From an uncultured Gemmatimonadales bacterium (lineage in GTDB: Bacteria; Gemmatimonadota; Gemmatimonadetes; Gemmatimonadales; Gemmatimonadaceae), in contig CAWKNZ010000002.1 of NCBI GenBank assembly GCA_963851265.1, positions 1,312,001-1,376,000 of the forward strand: a stretch of 64,000 bases of DNA. The letters run 5' to 3'. Below are positions 47,770-57,752 of this stretch, in pieces. A program made the position numbers and the translations under genes. Within the stretch, counting starts at the first letter, position 1. The number at the start of each line of letters is the position of its first letter. The notes beneath the pieces are model-generated. The model had not been told where the DNA came from. It saw nothing but the letters and a program-made list of their open reading frames with translations, and did not search any database.

Positions 47770-49235
47770 AGGCCGGTCTCAATCAGAGCACGCAGCTCAA
47801 GCAGGAGTTAAAGGTCAATCCGCGCCTATACCAGGCGATGGATCTGCTCTACATGCCCCTGCTCGACCTGCAGCAGCACCTCAAGCAGGAGCTCCTCAAC
47901 AACCCGTTCCTCGACATGGTCGAGGCGGAGGACGAGGACGAGGAGGAGTCGACCGACTCCGAGCCCGAGCCGACGCAGCAGGAAGAAGAGCGGAAGGAAA
48001 AGGACGACGAGATCGACTGGGAAGAGATCCTGCTCGACGGCTTCGACACGGGCGGTCGGCGCGAGGAGCACGAAGAGAAGGAGTATTACGAGCCGGTGAC
48101 GGTGGCCGAGCGTGACCTGGGCGACCACCTGCGCGACCAGATCACGCTCCTGGACCTGTCGCCGCGACAGCTCGTGCTCGCCGAGGAGTTCCTCGGCAAC
48201 GTGAACGAGGACGGCTATCTGGATTGCCCGGTCGAGCGGATCTTGACGGGCATCAACGAGATGATCCGCGAGTCCGCGGAGGAGCGCGGGGTCGACCCGG
48301 AAGACGCACCCGTCTACTCGGCCGCGGAAGCGGAGGACATGCTCCGCATCGTCCAGGCGCTCGACCCGGCCGGCGTCGGCGCGCGCGATCTGCGCGAGTG
48401 CCTGATGCTGCAGCTGCGCGATGCGGGGCTCGAGCACTCGGTGCCGTACCGCCTCGTGCGCGACTGCTTCGACGAGCTGATCGCGCACCGGTGGAGCGAG
48501 ATCTCGAAGCGCTTCGGCATCTCGCCCAACGACGTGCAGCACGCGGCCGACGAGATCGCCAAGCTCGACCCGAAGCCCGGGCTGCTGTACGCGTCGGCGA
48601 AGGACAACTACATCATCCCGGACCTCGTCGTCGAGAAGATCGACCAGAAGTACCACGTCTTCCTCAACGACGCGAACCTGCCGCGGCTGAAGCTGAGCCG
48701 CGCGTACCAGGAGATCGCGCGCGACAAGAAGAAGTTCGACGGCGAGAGCAAGGAGTTCATCTCCTCGAAGCTCAACTCCGCGAACTGGATGATCCAGGCG
48801 ATCGAGCAGCGCCGCCAGACGATGCTGAAGGTGATGAACTACATCGTGGACCGGCAACGCGACTTCTTCGAGAAGGGCGTGCAGTATCTCAAGCCGCTCA
48901 CGCTGCGCGAGGTGGCCGAGGTCATCAACATGCACGAGAGCACCGTCAGCCGCGTGACGAACGAGAAGTTCGTGCAGACGCCCCGCGGCGTGCTCCCGCT
49001 CAAATTCTTCTTCTCGTCGGGGCTCTCGACCACCGACGGCGAGGACGTCTCGGCGCGAGGCATCAAGGATCAGATCCAGAAGCTCGTCCAGGGCGAGGAC
49101 CCGAAGAATCCGCTCACCGACCAGGCGATCGTCAACATCCTCAAGAAGAGCGGCGTCAACATCGCGCGTCGGACCGTGGCGAAGTACCGCGACCAGCTCG
49201 GCGTGCTGTCCGCGCGCATGCGCAAGCGGGTGTGA
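47766..49235 (+). CDS. rpoN: RNA polymerase sigma-54 factor
   Basis: [25 protein letters not shown], RpoN box ARRTVAKYR. Confidence 0.97.
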   Translation: MKAGLNQSTQLKQELKVNPRLYQAMDLLYMPLLDLQQHLKQELLNNPFLDMVEAEDEDEEESTDSEPEPTQQEEERKEKDDEIDWEEILLDGFDTGGRREEHEEKEYYEPVTVAERDLGDHLRDQITLLDLSPRQLVLAEEFLGNVNEDGYLDCPVERILTGINEMIRESAEERGVDPEDAPVYSAAEAEDMLRIVQALDPAGVGARDLRECLMLQLRDAGLEHSVPYRLVRDCFDELIAHRWSEISKRFGISPNDVQHAADEIAKLDPKPGLLYASAKDNYIIPDLVVEKIDQKYHVFLNDANLPRLKLSRAYQEIARDKKKFDGESKEFISSKLNSANWMIQAIEQRRQTMLKVMNYIVDRQRDFFEKGVQYLKPLTLREVAEVINMHESTVSRVTNEKFVQTPRGVLPLKFFFSSGLSTTDGEDVSARGIKDQIQKLVQGEDPKNPLTDQAIVNILKKSGVNIARRTVAKYRDQLGVLSARMRKRV

Positions 49236-50290
49236 GCGCGGGCGTTCGCGTCCAGTCGGTCGCGCTCGCGCCGGCCGCCTCGCCCGCCACGAACGCGGCC
49301 AGCGCCGCGGCACACACGGGCGGCCGTCGGCGCGCCGTCGACGTTTCGGTGCTCGTCCCGGCGCGCGACGAGGCCGAGAACCTGCCGCTGTTCATGGAGC
49401 AGGCGGCGGCCGCGTTCGCCGCGGACTCGGGCGTCGGGTACGAGGTGGTCGTCGTCGACGATGGCTCGTCCGACGCGACGTGGACCGTCCTCGGCGCGCT
49501 CGAGCGGGAGTACCCGTTCGTGCAAGCCGTCAGACACCGCGTCGGCCGCGGCATCGCCGACGCGCTGCGGACGGGGTTCCTGCACGCGCGCGGCGACGTG
49601 ATGGTGTTCTACCCGGCGGACCTGCAGTTCAAGCCCGAGGACATCCCGCGACTCGTCGCACCGATTCTGGCCGGCGAGAGCGACATGGTCACCGGGTACA
49701 AGCAGGGACACTACGAGAAGGCGTTCGTGTCGCGCATCTACAACCGGCTCAGCCGGACGCTGTTCCACGTCCGCGTGCGCGACCTGAACAACGTGAAGGC
49801 GTACCGGCGCGAGGTGATGGAAGGGCTCCCGCTCCGCCCCGACTGGCACCGGTACATGATCGTCCTCGCCGCGTCGCAGGGCTACTCCGTGAGCGAGATC
49901 CCGGTCCCGCTCTACCCGCGACACGCCGGCCGTTCGAAGTTCGGCATCGGGCGAATTCCCATCGGCGTGCTCGACATGCTCGCGGTCTGGGTCGAGCTGC
50001 GGTTCGGGCGCAAGCCGCTCCTGCTGTTCGGGATGCTCGGCGCGGGGCTGTTCGCGTTAGGCACGGTCGCCGGGCTCGTCGCGCTCGCGTGGCTCGCCGC
50101 GACCGGACACGGGCTGCGCGCGGTGTGGACCCTGATCCAGACCTGCCTCCTGCTCGGCGGCGTGTTCTTCACGGGCGGGATCGTCGGCGAGATGATCGCG
50201 GGGCAGCGCGCCGAGCTGGCCGAGTTGCGCCGGGAGCTCGACGCGGGACGCGACGCGCGACGCGGTGCGGCCCCGGAGAACGGCGGCTGA
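49232..50290 (+). CDS. GT2 glycosyltransferase, DPM1/ArnC-like, with two C-terminal TM helices
   Basis: VSVLVPARDEAENL, VVDDGSSD, ADLQFKPEDIP, RHAGRSKF; start uncertain. Confidence 0.88.
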   Translation: MSAGVRVQSVALAPAASPATNAASAAAHTGGRRRAVDVSVLVPARDEAENLPLFMEQAAAAFAADSGVGYEVVVVDDGSSDATWTVLGALEREYPFVQAVRHRVGRGIADALRTGFLHARGDVMVFYPADLQFKPEDIPRLVAPILAGESDMVTGYKQGHYEKAFVSRIYNRLSRTLFHVRVRDLNNVKAYRREVMEGLPLRPDWHRYMIVLAASQGYSVSEIPVPLYPRHAGRSKFGIGRIPIGVLDMLAVWVELRFGRKPLLLFGMLGAGLFALGTVAGLVALAWLAATGHGLRAVWTLIQTCLLLGGVFFTGGIVGEMIAGQRAELAELRRELDAGRDARRGAAPENGG

Positions 50291-50325
50291 GCCACCCCGC
50301 GGCGGCGGCCGCCCGTCCGCTCCGC

Positions 50326-51519
50326 GTGCTCTTCCTCGCTCACTCGTTTCCGCGGTTCGAGGACGACGTTGCGGGGTCATTCCTGCTGCGGCTCGCGGTC
50401 GCGCTGGCGCAGGTGGGAGTCGAGGTGCGTGCCCTCGCGCCCGCCGCCGCCGGGCTCCCCGGCGCCGAGACGATCGCGGGCGTCGCCGTGCGACGCTACC
50501 GGTACGCCGCACGTCGCGACGAGACGCTCGCGTACACGGGCAGCATGGCCGAAACCGCACGCGGTTCGGCGCGCGGGATGGCCGCGCTCGCCGGGCTGCT
50601 GACCGCTGCCGCGGTGTCGACGCGTCTCGCCGTGCGCGCGTGGCGTCCCGACGTCGTTCACGCGCACTGGTGGTTCCCCGGCGGGCTCTCGGCGGCGCTG
50701 CCGGGCGTGCGCGGCGCATGCCCGCTGGTCGTGACGATGCACGGCTCCGACGTCCGGCTCGCGCGGCAGCTGTCGTCGGCCCACCGCATGCTCGATTTCG
50801 TCGCCCGACGCGCGGCCGCGGTGACGGCAGTGTCCTCCTGGCTCTGTGCGGAAGCGCGCGCCATGACGCCGCGCGTCGCGTGCCGTGTCGCACCCATGCC
50901 AGTGGACGCGCGCCGGTACGTCCCGCCGGATGATGGCGAGCCGCGCGCTGGGCTGCTCTTCGTCGGCCGGCTCACGGTCCAGAAAGGCGTGGCAACGTTA
51001 CTCGACGCGTTCGCGCGGATGCGCGCGCCGACGACCCTCACGATCGTCGGCGGCGGCCCGGAGGAGACCGCGCTGCGCGCGCGTGCCGAGGCGCTGGGCG
51101 TGGCCGGACGGGTGGAGTGGCGCGATCCCGTTCCGCCCGCCTCGCTCGCACCCTGGTACGCCGGTGCGACCGCGCTCGTCGTGCCGTCGACAGAGGAGGG
51201 ACTGGGACTCGTCGCCGTCGAGGCGCTGCTCTGTGCGACGCCGGTCGTCGCGTACCGCTCGGGCGGGATCCCCGACGTCGTGCGTGATGGGGTGAGCGGG
51301 CTTCTCGCGCCGGCCAATGACGTCGACGCGCTCGCGGCAGCCCTCGACCGCATCGTGGGCGACCAGGTGCTCGCGCGGCACCTCGGCGAATCGGGGCGCG
51401 CGTTCGTCGAGGCGCGCTTCACCCCTGCTGCCGCGGCGGCGACCTACCGCGCGATCTACGACGAGGTACTCGAACCGCGCGGGTCGACGCCGAGCGGGCC
51501 GTCGCGCCTGGCTCCGTGA
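50326..51519 (+). CDS. GT4 (GT-B) glycosyltransferase
   Basis: DVVHAHWWFP, TMHGSD, FVGRLTVQKG, EGLGLVAVEA, GGIPDVV; start may instead be CTG at 50287. Confidence 0.9.
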   Translation: MLFLAHSFPRFEDDVAGSFLLRLAVALAQVGVEVRALAPAAAGLPGAETIAGVAVRRYRYAARRDETLAYTGSMAETARGSARGMAALAGLLTAAAVSTRLAVRAWRPDVVHAHWWFPGGLSAALPGVRGACPLVVTMHGSDVRLARQLSSAHRMLDFVARRAAAVTAVSSWLCAEARAMTPRVACRVAPMPVDARRYVPPDDGEPRAGLLFVGRLTVQKGVATLLDAFARMRAPTTLTIVGGGPEETALRARAEALGVAGRVEWRDPVPPASLAPWYAGATALVVPSTEEGLGLVAVEALLCATPVVAYRSGGIPDVVRDGVSGLLAPANDVDALAAALDRIVGDQVLARHLGESGRAFVEARFTPAAAAATYRAIYDEVLEPRGSTPSGPSRLAP

Positions 51520-52508
51520 CGCAGACCGCCGGCCGTAACGCTCGTCCGCCGGGTGCGCGTCACCGCCGCCTTCGCGCTGCCGCGATCTTGGCGGCGCTCG
51601 CGACGGTCGCGTGGTTTGTGGCACGCTCCGTCGGCACGCAGTGGACGCAGTTTCGCGACGCCGCCGCCGAACTGCACCCGCGATGGTCACTGGTGATCGC
51701 GGCTTCGGCACTCGTTCTCGCCACGTATGCGCTCCTCATCCAGGCGTGGCGCGCGCTCGTCACCGGCTGGGGCGGGCGACTCGCCTTCTGGAGCGGCGCG
51801 CGAATCTGGACCGTGTCGAACCTCGCGCGGTACGTGCCCGGGACGCTGTGGTCCGTGGGCGCGATGAGTGTACTCGCGGACGACGCCGGGGTCCCACCCG
51901 CGGCGGCCGCCGGCGCCGCGATCTTCAACACGGTCCTGAACCTCGCGGCGGGGTTCGTCGTGTTGTCCGCTACGGGTGGAGAGTACGTGGCCCGGCTCGC
52001 GCCCGGCGTGCCACACCCGCGCGCGTTCGGCGCTGCCGTAGGGGTCGCGGGCGCCGTGGCGCTGCCGCTCTGCCTCCCGTTCGTCACGACGGCGCTCGCG
52101 CGCGTCCTCCGGCGAGAACGCCCGCCCGCGCCGCCATTCCGAACGTTCGTTGCCGCCCTTCTGTCCAACCTGGTCGCGTGGTGTACCTACGGCATCGCGT
52201 TCGGCTGCTTCGCGCGCGCCGTCCTGCCCGCGGTGGGTGACAACTGGGTGGGATACATCGCAGTTTTCACCGGCTCGTACCTCACCGGGTTCCTGGCGCT
52301 CGTGGCGCCGGGCGGGCTGTTCGTGCGCGAGGCGGCCATGGTCTACGCGCTCACGCGTACCGGCATGGCGTCGCCCGGCGACGCCGCCGTGCTCGCCGTC
52401 GCGCAACGCCTCTGGCTGACCGTGCTCGAACTCGCTCCCGGGCTGACGTTCCTCGCGGCGGGCGGGCTCCGGGCGCGGGCGGCACGGTCGCCGGCGACGT
52501 CCGACTGA
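51516..52508 (+). CDS. YbhN/lysylphosphatidylglycerol-synthase-TM (flippase-like) membrane protein
   Basis: About 8 TM helices; NLARYVPG and APGGLFVREA motifs. Confidence 0.8.
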   Translation: MTQTAGRNARPPGARHRRLRAAAILAALATVAWFVARSVGTQWTQFRDAAAELHPRWSLVIAASALVLATYALLIQAWRALVTGWGGRLAFWSGARIWTVSNLARYVPGTLWSVGAMSVLADDAGVPPAAAAGAAIFNTVLNLAAGFVVLSATGGEYVARLAPGVPHPRAFGAAVGVAGAVALPLCLPFVTTALARVLRRERPPAPPFRTFVAALLSNLVAWCTYGIAFGCFARAVLPAVGDNWVGYIAVFTGSYLTGFLALVAPGGLFVREAAMVYALTRTGMASPGDAAVLAVAQRLWLTVLELAPGLTFLAAGGLRARAARSPATSD

Positions 52509-52544
52509 CGCGTCGCGCCGATTCGTCTTCTTCTTTCTCACTCC

Positions 52545-55031
52545 GTGGCTACTGCTTCCCAACCGCTGGCGCGAGCCGGCGCGCGACCGAGGTCCGGTCG
52601 GCTCGCCGACGCACGCGCCGAATACACGCCGTTCGAGCCGCGCCGCGCCGGGTGGGTCGCGTCGCTCGTGTTCGCGGCGGCGTCACTGCTCCTCGGCGCG
52701 CCGGCGTTGGTCGGCAAGTTCCTCGTCAATCCGAACAGCGACCAGTACATCGCGGGCTACGCCTTCCGCGAGTTCGCGGCATCGTCGCTTCGCCAGGGGC
52801 ACGGATTCCCACTCTGGAACCCGTACCTGTTTGGCGGCATGCCGTATGTCGCGGCGATGCACGGCGACGAGTTCTACCCGCCGTCGCTGGTGCTCCGGCT
52901 GTTGCTGCCCACCGACGCCGCGATGACGTGGGAGTTGATCCTGCACGTGTTCCTCGCGGGCGCGTTCACGTATGCGTTCCTGCGCGGCGCGCTCAGGCTT
53001 TCGTTCGCGGCCGCGCTCGCCGGCGGGCTCGCGTACATGATGGGCGGAAACGTGGCCGGACTCGTCTCGCCCGGCCACGACGGCAAGCTGTACCTGGCCG
53101 CCCTGCTGCCGCTCGTGCTGCTGCTCGTGCACCGACTCGTCGCGGATGGACGTGCGTGGGCTGCGGGTGGGCTCGGCCTCGCGATCCTCTTCGCCGTGCT
53201 CGCGCCGCATCCGCAGTTGCTGCAGTATCTGCTGCTTGCGACGGGTGCGTACGCGCTGTTCGCGGCGTTCGGGCGCGCCGATCCGGACGCGCGTGCCCTC
53301 GACCGAACGTCGGCCGTCGTGCGCCTCGGCGCGGCCGCCGCGGCCGTCGGCGTCGGACTGCTCGGAGGCGCGGTCCAGTTCTGGCCCGTCCTCGAGTACA
53401 CGTCGTGGTCGCCGCGCGCAGGAGGACGCGGGTGGGAGCACGCGATCTCGTACTCGCTGCCGCCGGAGGAGGTGTTCAACACGTACCTGCCCGAGTTCTC
53501 GGGGATCCTGGACCGCTACACGGGACGGAACGGGATCCACCTGCACAGTGAGTACATCGGCGCCGCGGTGCTCGTCCTCGCCGGGTGCGCGTTCTTCGCA
53601 CGCGGCACCGTTCGCCGGCAGATGTGGTTCTGGGTCGGCGCATTCGTCGTCACGCTGCTCTGGGCGCTCGGCGGATTCACCCCGTTCTATCAGCTCGTCT
53701 ACGCGCTCGTCCCGGGGACGAAGTACTTCCGCGCGCCCAGCACGATGCTGTACATCGTGTCGTTCTGCACGGCGGTGCTCGCCGGAATCGGCACCGACAC
53801 CGTGCTCCGCGGTCGGTCCGTGGCGCGGTACCTCGCCGCGTGGAGCGCGGCAGGAGTGCTCGTCGCCCTGCTCGCGACTTCGGGGATGCTTTCGAACCTC
53901 GCGGCCAGCTTCGCACGTCCGGAGCTCGCGCCGCTCGTCGACGCGAACGCCACGGCGGTCACGCTCGGCGCATGGCGATCGCTGCTGGCTGTCGGAGTTA
54001 CCTCGGCCGCGCTCATCGCTGCGGCCCGCGGCCGCAGCAGAGCGGCGGGCTGGGGAATCGCGGCCATCGTGGCGCTCGACCTCTGGGCGGTGGAGCGCCT
54101 GTACTGGCAGTTCTCCGCGCCGGCGTCACAGCTCTACGCGAGCGATCCGGTGATCGACTACCTGAAGCGCTTGCCGCAGCCCGGGCGCGTCGTACCACTC
54201 GCCACCGGAGGCGAACTCGCGCACGAGACGCGCGACCCGTACTTCGGCGGCGGAGACGGTCGCGCGGACGGGCTCATGGTGCATCGCATCCGGAGCGTCG
54301 CCGGATACCACGGCAACGAGCTCGGTCGGTACCTGTCGTTTAGCGGGTGGCCCGACAACGACATCTCCGGTGATTGGCCGCGTCAGGTCGGCAACCCCAA
54401 CTTCCTGCGGCTGAGCAACTTGCAGTACATCTATACGAACTCGCCTCAACCTCCGGCGGCGGGGATGCAACTGGTGGCCGGCCCGGCGCGCAACGTGGCC
54501 GGCAACATGGTTTATCTCTACCGGATGCCTGGCCAGAATCCGCTCGCGTGGGTCACGCCGATCGCGGTCAAGGCGCCCGACGCGAGCGTGCTGGCGACGG
54601 TGCTCGACCCGCGCTTCGACGTCGGCCGCGCCGCGCTGTTCGACACGGCCGCAGCCGTCCCGGCGCAAGTCGTTCCGCAGCAACTACCTGCGCCACTAGA
54701 CCTCACGACGCACGTCACGCGCTACGCTCCGGGACAGATCGACCTCGTACTGAGCGCGCCCGCGCCGGCCGGGTCCAGCCTGGTCGTCTCGGAGAACTAC
54801 TACCCGGGGTGGACGGCCACCGTCGACGGGCGATCCGCCCCGATCGGGCGCGTTGATTACGTGTTGACGGGCGTCGCGCTGCCTGCCGGGGCGCGCAACG
54901 TCTCGCTCCGTTTCACGAGTCCCCGCTACGACACGGGTCTACTCGCGTCGTCGCTCGCGGCGGCGTTCTCGTTCCTGGCGTTCGGCGCCGGGCTAGTCGC
55001 CGAGCGGCGGCGCCGCGCACGACCAGCCTGA
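52545..55031 (+). CDS. YfhO-like GT-C multi-TM glycosyltransferase
   Basis: PLWNPYLFGGMP, many TM helices, FRAPS, C-terminal SENYYPGWTATVDG...GVALPAG and terminal TM. Confidence 0.82.
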   Translation: MATASQPLARAGARPRSGRLADARAEYTPFEPRRAGWVASLVFAAASLLLGAPALVGKFLVNPNSDQYIAGYAFREFAASSLRQGHGFPLWNPYLFGGMPYVAAMHGDEFYPPSLVLRLLLPTDAAMTWELILHVFLAGAFTYAFLRGALRLSFAAALAGGLAYMMGGNVAGLVSPGHDGKLYLAALLPLVLLLVHRLVADGRAWAAGGLGLAILFAVLAPHPQLLQYLLLATGAYALFAAFGRADPDARALDRTSAVVRLGAAAAAVGVGLLGGAVQFWPVLEYTSWSPRAGGRGWEHAISYSLPPEEVFNTYLPEFSGILDRYTGRNGIHLHSEYIGAAVLVLAGCAFFARGTVRRQMWFWVGAFVVTLLWALGGFTPFYQLVYALVPGTKYFRAPSTMLYIVSFCTAVLAGIGTDTVLRGRSVARYLAAWSAAGVLVALLATSGMLSNLAASFARPELAPLVDANATAVTLGAWRSLLAVGVTSAALIAAARGRSRAAGWGIAAIVALDLWAVERLYWQFSAPASQLYASDPVIDYLKRLPQPGRVVPLATGGELAHETRDPYFGGGDGRADGLMVHRIRSVAGYHGNELGRYLSFSGWPDNDISGDWPRQVGNPNFLRLSNLQYIYTNSPQPPAAGMQLVAGPARNVAGNMVYLYRMPGQNPLAWVTPIAVKAPDASVLATVLDPRFDVGRAALFDTAAAVPAQVVPQQLPAPLDLTTHVTRYAPGQIDLVLSAPAPAGSSLVVSENYYPGWTATVDGRSAPIGRVDYVLTGVALPAGARNVSLRFTSPRYDTGLLASSLAAAFSFLAFGAGLVAERRRRARPA

Positions 55032-55937
55032 TTGCCGGCGAACGTGTCCGAGACCGACCAGCTTCCGCCCGTCACCTCGCCGAGCGCTGACGTTCACCAC
55101 GCACAGACTCCGGCCCATGCGTTCCGCGCGCTGCGCCCCCCCCGCGACGTCGCGCCGCGGAACGCGCGCGGTCCCGGCCTCGCACGCGGCGACGCGAGGG
55201 AACGGGGCGCGCCGGGGCGCGGCGTGGTGATCATCCCGACTTACAACGAACGCGAGAATCTGCAGCGAATCGTCTCCGACGTACTCCGACAAAGCAGCCG
55301 CCTCGATGTACTCGTCGTCGACGACGGCTCGCCCGACGGCACCGGTGAGATCGCCGACGCGCTGGCCGGCGAGTACGCGCCCCGCGTGCACGTGGTCCAT
55401 CGGGCGGGGAAGCTCGGACTGGGGACGGCGTATGTCGCGGGCTTCCGGTGGGCGCTGGAACGCGACTACGCGTTGGTCTTCGAGATGGACGCCGACTTCT
55501 CGCACGACCCGTCACATCTGCCGCAGTTCCTCGCCGCCGCCGACGCGGGCGCGGACGTCGTCCTCGGCTCGCGCTACCAGGGCGGGAAGGTCACGGTCGT
55601 CAATTGGCCGATCAGCCGTCTGATCCTGAGCTATGGCGCGAATCTCTACGCGCGCGCGGTGACCGGGCTTCCGGTCTACGACGCGACCGGCGGATTCAAG
55701 TGCTTTCGGCGCGAGGTGCTCGCGGCGATGGACCTGGGTGACGTGCGGTCGAACGGCTACGCGTTCCAGATCGAGATGAGCTACCGCGCCTGGCTGCACG
55801 GGTTCAAGCTCGCCGAGATCCCCATCGTCTTCATGGATCGCACGGAGGGGCAGAGCAAGATGTCGGGAGCGATCGTGCGCGAGGCGGTGTGGATGGTCTG
55901 GCGGCTGCGCTGGTGGGCATTCCGGGGGCGGCTGTGA
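55032..55937 (+). CDS. Polyprenol-monophosphomannose synthase-like GT2
   Basis: IIPTYNERENL, DDGSPDGT, KLGLGTAY, MDADFSHDP, DATGGFKCFR, GYAFQIE; start uncertain (TTG 55032). Confidence 0.9.
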   Translation: MPANVSETDQLPPVTSPSADVHHAQTPAHAFRALRPPRDVAPRNARGPGLARGDARERGAPGRGVVIIPTYNERENLQRIVSDVLRQSSRLDVLVVDDGSPDGTGEIADALAGEYAPRVHVVHRAGKLGLGTAYVAGFRWALERDYALVFEMDADFSHDPSHLPQFLAAADAGADVVLGSRYQGGKVTVVNWPISRLILSYGANLYARAVTGLPVYDATGGFKCFRREVLAAMDLGDVRSNGYAFQIEMSYRAWLHGFKLAEIPIVFMDRTEGQSKMSGAIVREAVWMVWRLRWWAFRGRL

Positions 55938-56809
55938 CCGGGGCAGGGGACATCGCACCGCGCTCGCCTCACGGGATGAGCGGCCGAGCGTTCTACAAGC
56001 TGACGGGATCGGGAAACGATTTCGTCTTCTTCGACGAGCGCTCGGGTGCCGACGGGGTGACGGCTGCGCTGCGCACGCCCGAGCTGATCGAAGCCGTCTG
56101 CGACCGCCGCAACGGCGTGGGCGCGGACGGCGTCGTGTTCCTCGAACACGCGTCGGGGTCGCGTGTCCGGATCGCGTATTACAACCGCGACGGCAGTCGT
56201 GCGGCCCTTTGCGGAAACGCGACGCTTTGCACGGCACGTCTCGCAGCCGTGCTTGGGGCGGTCCCCGATCCCACGTCGCCGTTCGTTGTCGAGACGGACG
56301 CGGGGCAGATCGAGGCACGGGTCGGCCGGACCGGCGATCCAGTGATCGCGCTCGGACCCGTGCTGGACGTCGCCGACGAGGCGGCAGGGGTCGTGCGCGG
56401 TGCTGCGGAGCTCGCGATCGGATACGTGCTCGCCGGCGTGCCGCATCTGGTGGTCCTCGTCGCGGACGTGAACGCGGTGGATCTCGACGCGCGCGGCGCG
56501 GCGCTCCGCGCACCGACCGTCGACCGGCCGGAGGGCGCGAACGTGAACTGGGTGTCTCGCGCGGGCGACCGCTGGCGGATGCGCACGTTCGAACGGGGCG
56601 TCGAGGGCGAGACGCTCGCCTGTGGGACCGGCGCGGTCGCGGCCGCGACGCTCATCGCGCGCTGGACCGGTGCCGCGGCGCCCATTGTCCTTGTCACGTC
56701 GTCGGGCCGCCTGGTCGAGGTCACGCCGGCCGCAACCGACGGCGGCTCCGCATCCCTTGCGGGCGAGGGGCGTCTCGTGTTCGCGGGCGAGCTGACCTCG
56801 CTGCTCTGA
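55934..56809 (+). CDS. dapF: Diaminopimelate epimerase
   Basis: GNDF, GVGADG, NRDGS...LCGNA, ERGVEGETLACGTG (both catalytic Cys); ATG at 55976 is an alternative start. Confidence 0.93.
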   Translation: MTGAGDIAPRSPHGMSGRAFYKLTGSGNDFVFFDERSGADGVTAALRTPELIEAVCDRRNGVGADGVVFLEHASGSRVRIAYYNRDGSRAALCGNATLCTARLAAVLGAVPDPTSPFVVETDAGQIEARVGRTGDPVIALGPVLDVADEAAGVVRGAAELAIGYVLAGVPHLVVLVADVNAVDLDARGAALRAPTVDRPEGANVNWVSRAGDRWRMRTFERGVEGETLACGTGAVAAATLIARWTGAAAPIVLVTSSGRLVEVTPAATDGGSASLAGEGRLVFAGELTSLL

Positions 56810-56947
56810 ACCAGCGCGGCGTGGCATCTCGCACGGGCGGCACGGCGCGGAAACAGCTCGCCCGTTCAGCCGGTTTCGTGGGGAACTCCGTAACCCGATC
56901 GCCCTGAACGAGTTACGTCGACTTCTCCACAGTTCTCCACGGTAGAA

Positions 56948-56975
56948 GGTTTACATAACATATATTATAAGCGAG
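56948..56975 (-). other. dif-like XerC/XerD chromosome dimer resolution site
   Basis: Minus strand reads CTCGCTTATAA-TATATG-TTATGTAAACC (11-6-11); XerD arm differs by one base from B. subtilis TTATGTAAACT; lies at the switch in gene orientation. Confidence 0.85.
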
Positions 56976-57019
56976 TGGCGGACGAGGATTCGGCGGGCGC
57001 TCGCCGCCCCTCGCCAGCG

Positions 57020-57709
57020 TCATTTCGACGCGCCCGCCAACTCCCCGAGCCGCAGCCGCGCCTCATCGCTCGCACCGTTCACGCCGAGATCGGACAGCTC
57101 GCGCCAGAGCCGCCGCGCGTTTCCGGTGTCACCCGCGGCTTCGTAGTCCCGCGCGGCATTGCCGAGCAACTCGGCCTTGGCCTGCGGACCCGAGCTCCTC
57201 GCGAGTTGTTCGTAGGTCGCGGCCGCCGTCTTCGGCTGGCCCGCGCCCTCCTCGCCCACCGCCCGCAGGCGAGCCGTCGCGTCGCGCCACTCGGTCGGTA
57301 CCGATCCGGCGCTCAGCGTCCGGAGTCCCTCGGCGTACTGGCCGCGGTCATAGTACGTCTGTGCGAGCAGGACGCGCGCGTGCGCACCCGCCGGCGTGTC
57401 ACCGTACCGGGACGTCACTTGCTGGAGCGCCGCCGCGGCACCCGGATCGCCCTGGCTGAACCGCGCCTCGGCCTCGTACAACGCCCGGTCCGCGCGCTCC
57501 GCGGTCGACCGGTTCGACGCACGCCACGCGAACCCGCCCGCGACCGCTACGGCGACGACGATCGCCGCCGCTCCGACCGCACGCGCGTTCCGCTCCGCCC
57601 AGTCGCTCGCCGCCTCGCCGGACGTCCGACCCCGAACCGCCGAGACGTCGGGCGGCACGGACACGGGCTCGGCGATGTCGTAGGTCGGAACGCTGGGCGG
57701 AACGGTCAT
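57020..57709 (-). CDS. Membrane-anchored TPR protein (YfgM-like)
   Basis: N-terminal TM (VGAAAIVVAVAVAGGFAW), YGDTPAG...LLAQTYYDRGQY TPR-like repeats. Confidence 0.75.
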   Translation of the reverse strand: MTVPPSVPTYDIAEPVSVPPDVSAVRGRTSGEAASDWAERNARAVGAAAIVVAVAVAGGFAWRASNRSTAERADRALYEAEARFSQGDPGAAAALQQVTSRYGDTPAGAHARVLLAQTYYDRGQYAEGLRTLSAGSVPTEWRDATARLRAVGEEGAGQPKTAAATYEQLARSSGPQAKAELLGNAARDYEAAGDTGNARRLWRELSDLGVNGASDEARLRLGELAGASK

Positions 57710-57752
57710 CGGGACGCGGGGCGTAAGTTGTACGCGCGCGGACTACGCGCGA

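Noticed and set aside
56920..56975. oriC as the primary call for the AT-rich island
   Set aside because: Only two imperfect boxes, no dnaA/dnaN/gidA/parAB nearby, genes converge rather than diverge, and the dif layout explains the AT-rich part fully.
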